A DNA stretch of 64,000 nucleotides from Lama guanicoe (GCA_013239625.1 MU053823.1:147698-211697), one strand, 5' to 3'. Positions 12,500-25,300 are shown, numbered from the stretch's first letter. Numbers and translations: made by a program. Notes: generated by a model not told the origin, from the sequence alone.

Positions 12500-12769
12500 A
12501 AATTCCTTCTTACTAGAAGGTAAACTTTATCCTCTGGAAATGCTTCGGAGCCTGTCAGGGTTTGGCCTTGCGAGCACTGAGGCAATCACTGAGAGCAACA
12601 GCCCTTTCAGGGAATCCGTGCCCAGCTACGAACTCTGTTTGGAGGCCCCAGGGTGGAGTTTGTTTACAAGGAGTGGCCTCATAAAGCCTGGTAACTTGGA
12701 GAGATCGCAGGGACCAGGCTGAGGGCAGGGAGTCGGACACAACACAGCATCTGAGCCTTGTCCCTCACT
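12500..12769 (+). promoter_or_regulatory. Orphan alpha-macroglobulin (PZP-like) promoter and 5' UTR, paralogous to the A2M promoter
   Basis: Colinear blocks shared with 22030-22296: tttatcc, agcctgYcagg, tttcag, gtggaN..TGTTTAC (12661-12667), CATAAAGCCTGG (from 12680), gggaccag, gcagggagt, acaacacagc. Confidence 0.8.
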
Positions 12770-12852
12770 ATGGGGAAGGACAGACTTCACTCCTGTCTCA
12801 CGCTGTTCCTCCTCGTCCTGATGTCCATCAACACCTCAGCCTCTGCAGGACC
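12770..12852 (+). CDS. PZP: Orphan signal-peptide exon 1 of a PZP-like gene (relic, or alternative first exon of A2M)
   Basis: ATG in strong Kozak context (actATGG); MGKDRLHSCLTLFLLVLMSINTSASAG-P; phase-2 donor CC|gtaagt. Resembles A2M exon 1 in this window and my recollection of human PZP (MRKDRLLHLCLVLLL...). No own exon 2 found before A2M. Confidence 0.75.
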
Positions 12853-13363
12853 GTAAGTCTCGCTCCAAGTCGCTTCCACAGGAGTCTGTTTGTTATTTCA
12901 GTCTCTCCCTTATATCTTTGCTTTGCCTTTCCTACTAAATACTACCCTCTGTTCCTTAGCATACCTTATGATTATAACAGATTGAGACACTTTTTCTTTC
13001 ATTTACCCTACACTTTTGAAACAATGTTTTTCGTTGGGTTGATAACAGTCATAAACACAGTCTAAGTAGTCACTGAGAAGCAAGATTTGATGAGACACTG
13101 AAACCTCAGACCCCACCTTCACAGAATCAGTCTTTAAGATAGAAGCTATTGGCTATAAAAATATTTAAAATGTACAGTCGGGAGCAATTTAACTCATATT
13201 GCAGGTTATATATGTTTAGAAAGCAACGAACATGTTAAGTTAAATCATGAGCATATATTTTACAAAATTCATACTGTGGAAAACTGACAAATAGCTCAAT
13301 TTCTCCAACAAATAAATTGTCTCAGAAAGAAGAGAGAGAAGCAACAGAATTTGGGAGATTTAA

Positions 13364-13475
13364 GAATCTGAAACGAATATATGTATGTTCGTGTATGACT
13401 GAAGCATTGTGCTGTACACCAGAAATTGATACAACATTGCAAACTGACTATACTTCAATAAACAAATAAATAAAT
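13364..13475 (+). mobile_element. Short 5'-truncated L1 3' end with target-site duplication
   Basis: gctgtacaccagaaattga...ctgactatacttcaataaa tail; flanked by agaatttgggagatttaa (13346-13363) and agaattgggagatttaa (13476-13492). Confidence 0.85.
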
Positions 13476-15069
13476 AGAATTGGGAGATTTAAAAGACATT
13501 GTCAGTCAACCAATCACAGTATATAGACCTAATTTTGATCTTGAGTCCAACATTTTTTTAAAACATCATGACATGTTAATAAGTAGTTATACATTTTCAC
13601 TGGCTGAATATTTGAATATATATGATATCAAAATACTTTGCTAAATGTTTGTGTGTAATAGTGATACATTTTTTGTTTAAAAATAACCCTTTTCTTTTGG
13701 AAATACACATTGAAATATTTATGGGTTTTGCTTTAAAATGATAATGGGAAAGGCGAAGTGGTGAAAAGGTGAAGGCAGATGGGACGGTGGACGGGATGGA
13801 GGTAAGGCAAAAGTGAACCCAGGTTGATGATATTAGAACCAGGTGTTATGGGTCCAGTAGTTCATTATATTAATATAATATTTGGATTCATTATACTATT
13901 TAGCCTAATTTTATATCTGTTTGAAATTCTCCACCATAAAAGCTTTAAAATTAAAAGAAAATAACAATGAAAGTTATAAAACACTTAGAATTGAACAATA
14001 ATTAAAACATTATATATCAAGATACCTAGTTTATTTGTTTAGATACCTGATACACATAGAAGTACATTTTATAAACCTAAACTAACTACACATATTGAAA
14101 AATCAAGAAAGATTTGTTAAATGGAAGAAATGAGTTAGAAAAAAAGCTAAAAAAAATGAAAAAAAGAAAAATGTAAAGAATGTTAACAGGGAAACTGTGA
14201 AGAACAGAAATTAATAAAGTAGAAGTCAATAAAATGACAAAATCAAAAAAACAAAAAGTCAGTATTCTAAAGATTAATGAAATAAGTAATTGGTAACTTT
14301 GAAAGCCTAGATGAAAAAGAGAATACTCTAGAAGAAAAAAATTTTACAAATGATCAAAATTAAAGGTAGATTACTTTGAAAAACTGAATAAACCAGTGAC
14401 CATAAAAGAAAGTGAATTAGTAATAAAAAGTATTCCTTCACTTAGAAAATACATTAGCATAACAATATTTTACAGAAAAGCTTCACCAAGCTTTCAAAGA
14501 AATGATTACCCTTATCCTAAAAACACTATGTAGAGAGCAGAAAAAGAACACCTGCGCGAATAATTTTAAGAGTTTACTATCACAAGAATCAGGTAGTCTA
14601 TCTGTGTATGCAGGTGGAAAGGAAGAGGTTTGTCTAGCAAATACGATTTAAGAGGAATAACCTTAGATTCTTAGAAGTCTTTTTTTTCCCACCTAAGAGT
14701 GTCTGCTAGGCATACACTTACTTGTTCTGAATCTTAATGTAGGGTACTGTAGTCAAAACTTTGACTTCTTTTTATTTCAAGGGTTCATTTATTGTCCTGG
14801 ATATGATTTTTCTCATGATACCCAGGAATAAACATGAAAGAAATATTTAAATATATATATAAGAAAAACTTCAAAATACTAAAGAAGAACACAAAAAGGA
14901 CTTGAACAGAAGTTAAAACTTACTATATCTTTGGATAGGTTAAGTTAGCATCATAAAAATGTCAATACTCCCTAAATGTATTTATAAATTTTATATAATC
15001 TTGAAATAACACTAGAATCAGAGATGCTGATTCCAAAATTCACATGAAAAATAAATGCATAAGGATATG

Positions 15070-15362
15070 TGAAAAAATATAATATTTTATATTATAAATT
15101 TATTTATATATATAAATATATATATGCACGGATTGGTCTGTGCCCCCAGTTCCTGGCACAGAGCTCCTAAAACCCTTGCAATTTCCTAAGTGCTAAGAGT
15201 ACTTGGGTCATTACTAGGCCTGGTTCCCGACACAGAGCTCCTAAATCCGATGAAATGTTTTAGGTGATAGGAAGGCTTTTGTTCTAGTGAGGAAACTTTT
15301 GGTGGGCTCCTGGATAACTTCAGGATGGGGGCTAGTCACCAGAAAGAGCAAGCCATGATTAG
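15070..15362 (+). mobile_element. MER21-like LTR, 5' fragment
   Basis: tcctggcacagagctcctaaaacccttg ... ggatgggggctagtcaccagaaag...agccatgattag matches my recollection of MER21. Confidence 0.65.
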
Positions 15363-17698
15363 CGCCTATTCGTGCCCAACACAATGGCTTCGATCTCCAC
15401 ACCTCAGTGTTCTGGGCGGCTGCGCCCCCTTCTGGTTTATCCTTATCTCTGCACTGCTTATTATAACGCCTTTTGATCTCGTTCTCATCGGGTCAAGTTG
15501 CTGATCCGTTCTTTCATAAGGAATGGTAGCTACTTAGGAAACAAAGTTAACCCATGTTCCCACCATCTCACTGCTTCCAGAAAAGAAACAGTTAAGTTGC
15601 AATGCTAGTGTTCTTTATTGAATCCTGAGATTAAAATTCTACATTTCTAGAACCATATTTCAGCTTGTAGAGGTAGAAGGAATATATGTGTGGTGCAGTA
15701 ATGGCGTTATCAAGTAAGGGCCAAAGGGGAAACTGGGGGAGGGTCATTCTATTCACTACTATATAAGACAGTCATAGCCCGGTAGCCTAGCAAGAGGTCT
15801 CTGCAAGCTTTTTACCCAGTAATGTGAGGTTATGAAGATAGATACGTGAAAATGAGAATTCCAAGACCACCCTGCTCTTCCCCCCACCTTTATCTTTTAT
15901 TTTCTTTTTTCCAAAAAAAAAAAGTTACACAACATACCTAAATTTAAACTGTGCATGTTTATTTTTCTTTTCTCAAAATAAGCAAAATACACGTTTTCCC
16001 AGCTTGTTTTCTTTCCCAATGTGGAAAAAGACTTTACTAAAACATTAACCAGTGCTTTGGTTTCACTGCTGAAAAGGATTTGGAAAGAATGTGATCTGTG
16101 CTGATTTTTATCATCTGGTATTTTTCCCTTCCCTATTTCAAAAGTGTAGCCAGATCCTTGTGTTCTTCTGCCTTAAGAGTTTTCAAGGGTCAAAGCAGAG
16201 GCTGCTCAAAGATAACTTTGCAAAAGCCCTGGCTACTTGGGCCAATTACTCTAGGTGTTCCCGAGGAACGGGAGAAAGAAGTCTTTTGCAGGGAGTTTCA
16301 AAAAGAAGCCCCACTGGTACAGAGGATTCAAAACCAGGGGGTGGGTGGAGGTTTAGGGGACCCAGGATACTAGGCACCCGGGGGTCCCCTCCATCATTGC
16401 ATGCAGGGTAAAAGACGGGACCTCTGAGTTAAATGGCTGTGTGAGACAGACTCTGGGCCACAGAGCTCCCAGTTTCAGCAAAAACTGTGTCCAAATATAG
16501 CAAAAAAACAGCCAAGCAGTCAGGCATCAAAGTGACTGAGGGACTGGAGATTGGCATGGTTATACAGGGGTAACCGGTTTCAAGCGAAAACTAAAGCAAC
16601 TTCCCAAATATTTTGCTTTACAGACCCCAGTGTGGGAGAGCTCTAATAAAAACTCAGATTAATTCTCACCAAGAATTTTAGAAGAATGGAAGCTGAGTCA
16701 GACTTAATTCAATCTAAAGAAAATAAAGCAATGTTATATTTCTCTTTTCTGAATTGAAGTATGATTGACCTACAACACTATGCCAGTTCCAGATGCACAA
16801 CACAGTGATGTGATATTTCTATATATTACAAAATAATCATCACGATGCCATCTGTTGCCATAAAAAGTTATTACAGTATTATTGACTATATTCCCCAAGT
16901 GGTACACTTCATCCCCACGACTCAATTATTTTCTAACTAGAATTTTGTTCCATAACAACAGAGCATTGAACCATAAGTGGGAAAAACGAACAGATCTGCA
17001 AAGAGGAAGAGACGAATCTACTATAACAGGTGGAGACTTAACAACCTCCTGTCAGAAATGGACAGTTAATGTCTAGCTAATTAATGGAGTTATTTGTAAT
17101 TATTGATAAAAGCCAAAAATCAGGGTTTGGTACACTTATTAAACAAATATCGTGCCTTTTTTTCATACCTTTTGCTTCATAAATAACAATTGTACCTCAA
17201 ATTATACTTCACTATTTCAAATGAAGTAATACAAGACTACGTATTTATTCACTTGCTATGAAAGCACATGAATTTAAAAAGCAATACCATTTAAAACCTA
17301 ACAGCTTTAATAGTATTTTGCAAAATATATTGAATAATTTATTTCTTACAAAATTTTATAGTATTACTAGAAATTGTTATTTTAATAGCCTGTAACTTGA
17401 TAACATTTGGGAATAACAAAAATCAAACAAATTAGAATATACAAAGCTCTCAGAACTCAGCACACTCATATATAAGCACTTGTCATCACCACCCATCAGT
17501 ATCGTTGTCGCTGGCAGTATTGTCATTGTCATCTAAGTAATCAAAGCTTGACATCTTTCCTATTAAAATCTGACTCCAATGTTTGTTCCCAGACTAAATA
17601 TAGCTCTCTAAAACGAAAGTTCTGACACGAAAACGTTCCACAGTGAACATGAGGGCTACAGAGAACAAAGTGGATTCTTAAGGGTCATGAAACACCCC

Positions 17699-17757
17699 TG
17701 TGCGCACCCGCACACACGCACACTGTGCGTGCACACATACGCGCACACGCACACACA
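17699..17757. repeat. Imperfect (CA)/(CG) purine-pyrimidine alternating tract
   Basis: tgtgcgcacccgcacacacgcacactgtgcgtgcacacatacgcgcacacgcacacaca. Confidence 0.75.
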
Positions 17758-19364
17758 TTTTTCTTTCACCAAAGGAAAACTCGTCCTGTAACACATTCCC
17801 TACCTAGTCTTACATTCAGAAATAAACTGCATTGGGTTAAAGATAAAAACAAAAAACACAAATCCTTACATTAGGAAAAACATGTAGGAGAATAGTTCTG
17901 TAATGGGGGGAGGGGCAGTGGTACGAAAGGACATCTAATCAGAAAACAAAACCCCAGGACAAAACTTGAAGTTCAAGCGGCAGAGTTGCTACAAGTAACA
18001 GTGATATAATACATCATTAGAAATAACAGTAATCTAAACTTGGAAAGGGAAAAATACACATCATGCACTTCTCCCTGTCAGACAGTAAAATTTTTAGAAG
18101 GCATGGGAAAATACAGTCGTAGGCATTGCTGGTGGAAGACAATTGGCAGGGTCCTTTTAAAAGGTGATGTGATCTATGAATGTTTTAAGTGTGTATACTC
18201 TTTGACATAGCAAATTTACAGTACGGATTCATCATACAAAAATACCTCTAGATGCCCAGAAGTCTGTATATATGAGGACAGTCATTGAATTCTATTGGTT
18301 GTAGTCAATTGTCCTAATTTGGGCACTAATTCCTCTGCATCACAATGCAGCGTCTAGTAAAACAGATTTTTTGTGAATATCAGTACTCTTAAAAATCTAA
18401 AGGAACAAGTGGCTTTTAATTTCAAAGAGAAAACACTAAAATTTTGATGATTTTGAGAAACTGTGGCAAGCATAGTGTTGGTTGAGAAATAATCTGAGAA
18501 TTTGTTGTGCTTTTTATCTTTGTACATTCAAGTATTCTTCTCATTAAAAATTAGAAAGTGTGAATGAGATAGAACAAATGAGAAACACTGATCTCTGAGA
18601 ACACCTCTATAGTTAATAATGCTCTACGTAACTTCAAAACTCTGTTTGCCCAAGATATTTCTGCAAAGATAAGGCAAGTATACTGTCTGACAGAGTGAGA
18701 ATGGTATGCTATCAACTGAGCTTTCTGATTTTGAAAGTGGTTAATATGTAACCAGCTGAAATGTCCTTCATTATCACTACTGTTAGGAACTACAGGTGGC
18801 CTATGTGTAACAATTGGTGTGGTTGGAGAAGCTACCTTCAGTTCCCGGCAAGCACTGCAGGGGAATCTTTCACAATCCAGAGGAAGCTTTTTTTTTCTAT
18901 TTATTTTTATTTAGGCCCTTGTACCTCCTAATCTTATCGTCCCCTCAATTGCCAAATGATCCTCCTTTGTTCTGCATGGCTGTGTTTCACTGCGCTTTGC
19001 TCCACCACTTTCTTTTCCGTACACTGCCTTCCGTCTTCCCCTTACTTTCTTTCTTCTCTTACCCCTTTACCCTCAGCTTCCTAACAGTAGTTATTTGCTA
19101 AATACTTCAAAATTGTATAGAACTTGTCCAACTTGCGTGCTCTCATTCTGTCAAGGACGTGTTAGGCAGGTGGCCTACCTTTCTTTCTTGGGATGCTGTC
19201 CTACATCAAAGCCCAGAGCAGGTATGAAACAGCTCTCTTCCTCAGTCTTTAAGGTTCAAAACATAGTCATTTTGATTGGTACAGTAAGGTTACAGATTTT
19301 AAAACTGTTACATATAGCATCTTGTGTAAAACTACCCCCTTGGAGCTTACAGGACATACATTTC

Positions 19365-19500
19365 TTTTATTTAAAAAAAATTTGGAGAGAGGTAATTAGG
19401 TTGGTTGGTTTGTTTATTTAATGGAGGTACTGGGCATTTGAACCCAGGACCCTTGTGCATGCTAAGCATGCACTCTAGCACTGAGCTATACCCTCCCTCC
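19365..19500 (-). mobile_element. tRNA-Ala-derived SINE (Vic-1-like)
   Basis: Reverse complement of the same SINE (ctgagctataccctcc). Confidence 0.85.
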
Positions 19501-20589
19501 AGGAGAGATATTATTAACCCCCTATTTATTGGTGAGGAAGCTGAGGCTCAGAGAGGTTAAATGACTTATCCAGAACCATAGAATGAGTCAGAACTAGCAC
19601 TCAGGTGTCCTGACAACTGATCCAGTCTGTTCTCTTTTTACCCTTTGAGTTCATTTTCTGGCTTCCCCAGAAGAGAAAGCTCTATCTTGGTAAAAGGAGC
19701 ATTTTAGATAAAATTTTCCTCTTTATCTGTGATTATACTGAAGTGGTGTCGCTTCTCTTGGGGATAATTCCTCCATCCACACCATGCACCCACCTCATGC
19801 ATCCTCAGAGTCCTCTGCCCTGGGATTATGGCTTCCCAGTTCCGATGTTCAACCCCTCCCCTTTCATTGATCCTCCTTCTCAGCACTCATAGGAGCAACA
19901 TTTCAGTTAAACTTGTTCAAGTCTCTCTCTCCTTAAAGAAATGTCCCTCCCACCCCAAAACCTCTGCCGGGTACCGCCCTCTCCTTCTCTTTCCTCCACA
20001 CAAGCTTGGAACAGGCTCTTGTTCCCTAGATTCTCTTCCTCCCCCTGCAGTCGGGTTCTGCCCCACACAGACACTTAAAGCTGGGTCCCCATGTTTTTCT
20101 CATCCCTCAATTCAACAGAACAACGATCATTCCATCTGTTATTTGATTTCACAATGGCGTTTGACATGAATAGCCAGGGATTTAGCAATAATCTTTACAG
20201 ATCATCTTTGTAATTTATAAGGCACCAAATGAATGCTATTACTGCTATTGCTCCTTCCTTCTTTAAGTAATGAATCTTGCAAATAAGTAGGTTTTTCTAA
20301 TTTCTTAAAAACAATTTAATTTCTGTTATAGTTTGAGTCAACATATTATAAAACTAAACAAGCTTTCGAAATGATTTTTTTTTAATTTTGTATGTTATTA
20401 ACACTGATGTCTCGGTATCAAGCCCCAATCACTCTGACTAGTAAAAACCTTCTCTTGACTATTTTTTTAAAATTGTCCCTTTTTTGGGACTCAGAGGTCC
20501 CACACTCTCCTGACTGTGTTTCTCTCTCGGTCTGGCCGTCCGGGATCCATTCGGGTGCCCATGGCCTAGACACTGGTGTTTCCTGGAGC

Positions 20590-20772
20590 TCCTACTGTAT
20601 AGCACAGGGAACTACATTCAATACCTTGTAATGACCTATAATGAAAAAAGAATATGAAAAGAACATATATATGTATATATAAACTGAACCACGATGCTGT
20701 ACACCAGAAATTAACACTGTAAATTGACTATACTTCAACAAAAAAAAATAATAAAAGCAGAAAAAAAAAGAA
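20590..20772 (+). mobile_element. L1 3' end fragment
   Basis: ctgtatagcacagggaactac...gctgtacaccagaaattaacac...poly-A. Confidence 0.8.
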
Positions 20773-22009
20773 TACCCTAGCTCAAAATGCCATTATTTCT
20801 TACCCATATAATTGTACCAACTCCCACGTTGCCTCCTGGATTGCCTCCTTTCAATCAGTCTTCCAAATATCAGTAAGAGTGATCTTTCCAAGAAGCAAAT
20901 CTGGGCAAGAAGTCACTTCACTGATTACTCCCTTAACACCCAGATAGTGCCAACAAGTTCCTTTTTTATTTGAAGCAAGCTTGCTCCACCACCTTCCTAA
21001 GTGTAAAGGCATTTTCTCCATACCAAACCCTTCTCATTCTACTAAATGTGTCCCTACTGTTCTCGCCTCCTGCGCCTTTGTTTGTGTCATTCCTTATGTG
21101 CTTAGAATGCACTCTGCATCTCTGTCTTTCCTCTGACTAACCACTACTCATGCTGCAGACCTTCATTTATATTTTTCTTTTCCTTAGACTTCCCTTCCCA
21201 GGCCCAAGGTTGAATTACGTGCCCCTCTCATGTGCTCCCCGAGCATCTTGAACTTCTCTGATAATGATGTCTGGCTTCTGTATTTTAACAGCTTGCTTAT
21301 TTGTCTGATTTCACACCCACAAGAATGTGCATATCTGTTTGTACATATTTGACCATTCCATCTCCATGATTTTGCATGATACCTAGACAAACTGGGCTCA
21401 ATAAATGCTTATAAAGTAATCAAATCATTGGGTAAATGAATGGATGGATGGATGGATGGGTGGATGGGTAAAATAGATAATATGATTAAAGACTGGAGAG
21501 GAGTAGCGTATTTGGAAGGCAGTCACAAAATGTGCTTGTATAGTAGATGGTAAAGGCACTGAGATTTTCGTAGACACAGTAGGTCAAAGGTTTTTTTTTT
21601 CAGGTCCTGCTACTTCTCCTGTCATGTTTTCATTCTCTTAGTACAGGAAAACTTTTCTATCATCCTTCTTCCAGGGCCTGGTTCTTCATCTGCAATCCAG
21701 TAATATCCTCAGGGTTAAAAACTTGTTCTTTTAACCCAGTATCATTTCCATAGAGAACTGCTAAATTCTGAAACCCCTTCAGCATTTGAGGTAGGCATAG
21801 CCAATGACAGACTTGCAGGCAGACTGACTTGTAGTGAAATATCTATTTTGAGTCTGTCCAGGGTTGCTTAAATTATAGCTTCCTCTGTCAGCTATTCATG
21901 CAAGAGATGTGAGGAAAGCCATAAAAGGTACTGTGGGGAAGTGGAAGGAGGGAGTAAGGGAGAGAAGGGGCTGAACAGCTGATTAGCTGCTTTACGGTAA
22001 ACCCCAGGG

Positions 22010-22296
22010 AAAGTGAGCACTAGTGGGAATGTGGATTTTATCCCTGCAGGAATCCTACTTAGCCTGCCAGGCATTAACCTTGACTGTAATTGGGTCCCTC
22101 AGAGTAATGACGTTTTCAGAGAACCTTCAGGGACCTCTACTTTGTTTAGACACCTTGTGTGGGTGGAACTTCCTGTTTACACAGAGAGCAGCATAAAGCC
22201 TGGTTGCTCTGAGGAATGTTTGGGACCAGACCAGACCAACTGCAGGGAGTAAGGGACAACACAGCCAGGTCTCCTCCGGCCCCTTCTCCCTGCAGC
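22010..22296 (+). promoter_or_regulatory. A2M: A2M proximal promoter and 5' UTR
   Basis: FOX/HNF3-type TGTTTAC at 22174-22180, TATA-like CATAAA at 22192-22197, directly upstream of ATG 22297. Confidence 0.8.
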
Positions 22297-22382
22297 ATGG
22301 GGAGGAACAAACTCCTTCAGCCACGGCTTTCTCTCCTTCTTCTGGTCTTCCTGCATGCAGAAGCCTCAGTCTCTGGAAAACC
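22297..22382 (+). CDS. A2M: A2M exon 1 (signal peptide)
   Basis: [29 protein letters not shown]; donor CC|gtgagt. Confidence 0.95.
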
Positions 22383-25300
22383 GTGAGTTTCATGTAGAGT
22401 CCTTTCCTTTATTTCAAATTCTCCTTTCTATCATTCGTCTTCCCCATGAAACTGTCTCATCTCTAAGGTCTCTTCCACTGATGAGATTTTTACAAATCTG
22501 GTTTATTCAGTCTTTACTTATTCTTAACCACATTTCTCTAACTCTCTGGGTCTCTGAATCTACCAGTTCTCTGGAGATATACAAAGGCTTTTGAAAGGGC
22601 ACTGGAGATTGATACTTTCAAAGGAATCAGTTTTTAGCTCCTCACACTCACCCTGATCTGCTCCAGACCATGCTATTTAATCCTTTCTTACCTCCCCTTT
22701 CTGAATTGCCCATCTTCTACTTTAAAAGAGAAAGACAAACCTCCCTCAGTCAGATGCCACCGTGGAACACTGTCCTGGAGTATAAAAGCCTCTAGTATGC
22801 CAAATAAAGGAGCAATTTGAAATACTGATGTTGACATTGAGAAAGCAAAGGACTCTAATGACAGGAGGCAAACTCCTTTTGCAGATCATGTGGTGACGAA
22901 ATCTTTGTTTGAAAAAAATTGGAGGATCTGAGAGAAATACCAGCTGATAGATGATTAGAAGCAATTCTTTTTTTTTTACAACTTCTTTTTTTTTTGTCTT
23001 TTTTTTTAACATTTTTTTTATTGAGTTATAGTCATTTTACAATGTTGTGTCAAATTCCAGTGTAGAGCACAATTTTTCAGTTATACCTGAACATACATAT
23101 ATTCATTGTCACTTTTTTTCACTGTTTGAAGCAATTTTTGATAACAGAACACTGGGTGATTTGGGGCAGGTGACGCAGAAGTTACAAGAACTAGTTAACG
23201 GTTGTATTATTGTGTCACCTGTCATTTATTTACTTTTGTGTGAATAATTTTTCATGGCACTTAACATCTACACAAACCAAAAATAGCAACAGAATGAATC
23301 TTAGATCTTGTTTAATTCTTGCAATAAAGAATATCCATTCATGGATACAGAAAATGAACTTATGGTTACCAGGGGGAAGGGGGTGGGAAGAGATAAATCG
23401 GGAGTTCAAGATTTGCAGATACTAACTAATATATATATAATAGACAAACAACAAGTTCATGCTGCATAGCACAGGGAACTATATTCAATATCTTGTAGTA
23501 ACTTATGGTGAAAAAGAATATGAAGACGAATCACATGTATGTTCATGTATGACTGAAGCACTGTGCTGTACACCAGAAATTGACACAACATTGTAAACTG
23601 ACTATACTTCAATAAATATATATATGCAAAAACAAACAAGACAAAAAAAAAGCTCATTGTTTTCATTAAAGATGTGCTTCAAAAGTATTTTGATTTTATG
23701 CATAATATATATGAATCATAATCTGTAATATATTTATTTTGTTTTGATTAGTTGTATACTAGTAAGACTTCTGAAAATAATTCAATCCAGAAGAAAATGT
23801 TTAACATTAACAACTTTATGGTCACATTAAATCTAAAAGAAGAGTTAAAGTTAAATTTATTTATCCACATAGAATATTACATATATATGTGTGTGTATAT
23901 ATACATATATGTGTATGTATATTTATATATCTATATAATAAGTAAATAAAGAAGTAAGAATGATCCAGAAAATATTTTGAAGTACAAAAATCTTAGGATA
24001 AACTTCTGTGTGGTAAGGGGCATGATAATTCAAGTTCAAGGAAGAAAAGGGGGAAAGATGCTAAATTTCTGATCACTGCCCAAAAAAACACTGTGGTACA
24101 TTTTTTAAATAAGTCATACTGGGTATCTTATCACTGATATTTAAAATTCCATGGAAGACTTGTAAAAGAGTAATGTAAGTATTAACTTAAAATATCATCA
24201 AAAATAATGTATTTTGCTATTGTTTAACTTGTGATTTAAAAAAAGATCTTTACTTAAAAATATGTAAGGAATGTATAATGTCTAAAATTTATTTTAGGAA
24301 TTCTGTGACCAAAAATGTCTGGCGACTACAGGATCAATAAAATCATCTATTTGTCTAGCCATGAGTTGAAAGGCAAATATTTAATATGCAAACATCTAGG
24401 GTTAAGTAACACACTAAGATCTTATTAGTTGCTTAAAACACTGAGACTTTAAACTAATGACTCTCATTAAGCTTCAGATTTCATATCTGTAAAGCGGAAA
24501 GCAAATACTTGCCGTGCCATTTTCACAGGGTTGTTGAATGTATATATTTTTTCAATGAACAATTCTGTAAATTGGTTTTTGTAGTGCCACAAATGAGAAC
24601 TTCCTTGCTTTTTACAGCAACCCTAATGTAAAATGGATTTACAGTGTTAATAAATATACTTGGCATATTTTTATTTGAATTCAGATGCTTATTTGGGTTC
24701 CTTAAAAGTGAGCTATACCTACAAGTTTTAATCTGCCTAAGGCTCACTTCAAGTAAAATGGTCACAGCCAGGGCTCTGATGATGGAAAAGGGAATAACTC
24801 TCACACGTGCCATTCAACTGCAGAGAGCAATTTCACGCTAATCAATATGCCTTCACTTGGCACAGAACTAATGATGGTAACATGAACTGCAGGGGAAGAC
24901 AGTGCTGCTGAGAACAGTGCCTCACTTGCCACACTCTCCTCTAACTGGACTCCCGCTCTTCCAGGCACTATATGGTGCTGGTCCCCTCCCTGCTCCACAC
25001 TGAGACCCCTGAGCAGGGCTGCCTCGTTCTGAGCCACCTGAATGAGATGGTGACTGTAAGTGCCTCCTTGGAGTCCCTCAGAGAGAACAGGAGCCTCTTC
25101 ACTGACGTGGTGGCAGAGAAGGACTTATTCCACTGTGTCTCCTTCACCGTGAGTATGGCTGTTTGGCTTAATATACTTGTTTTCATTGTCCAGGGACACA
25201 GGGATCTAGAATTCAGTCAAGATAAGACTTTGAGAGGCTGGCAAGGACTTCAGGAAGGGATTTAAATGCAGTGATGGGGTGTAGAAAATAAGAGCAATGC

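Noticed and set aside
17080..17150. Short motif (aatggagttatttgt) that reminded me of a PZP 3' UTR
   Set aside because: Too short, memory-based, and no adjacent last-exon coding sequence
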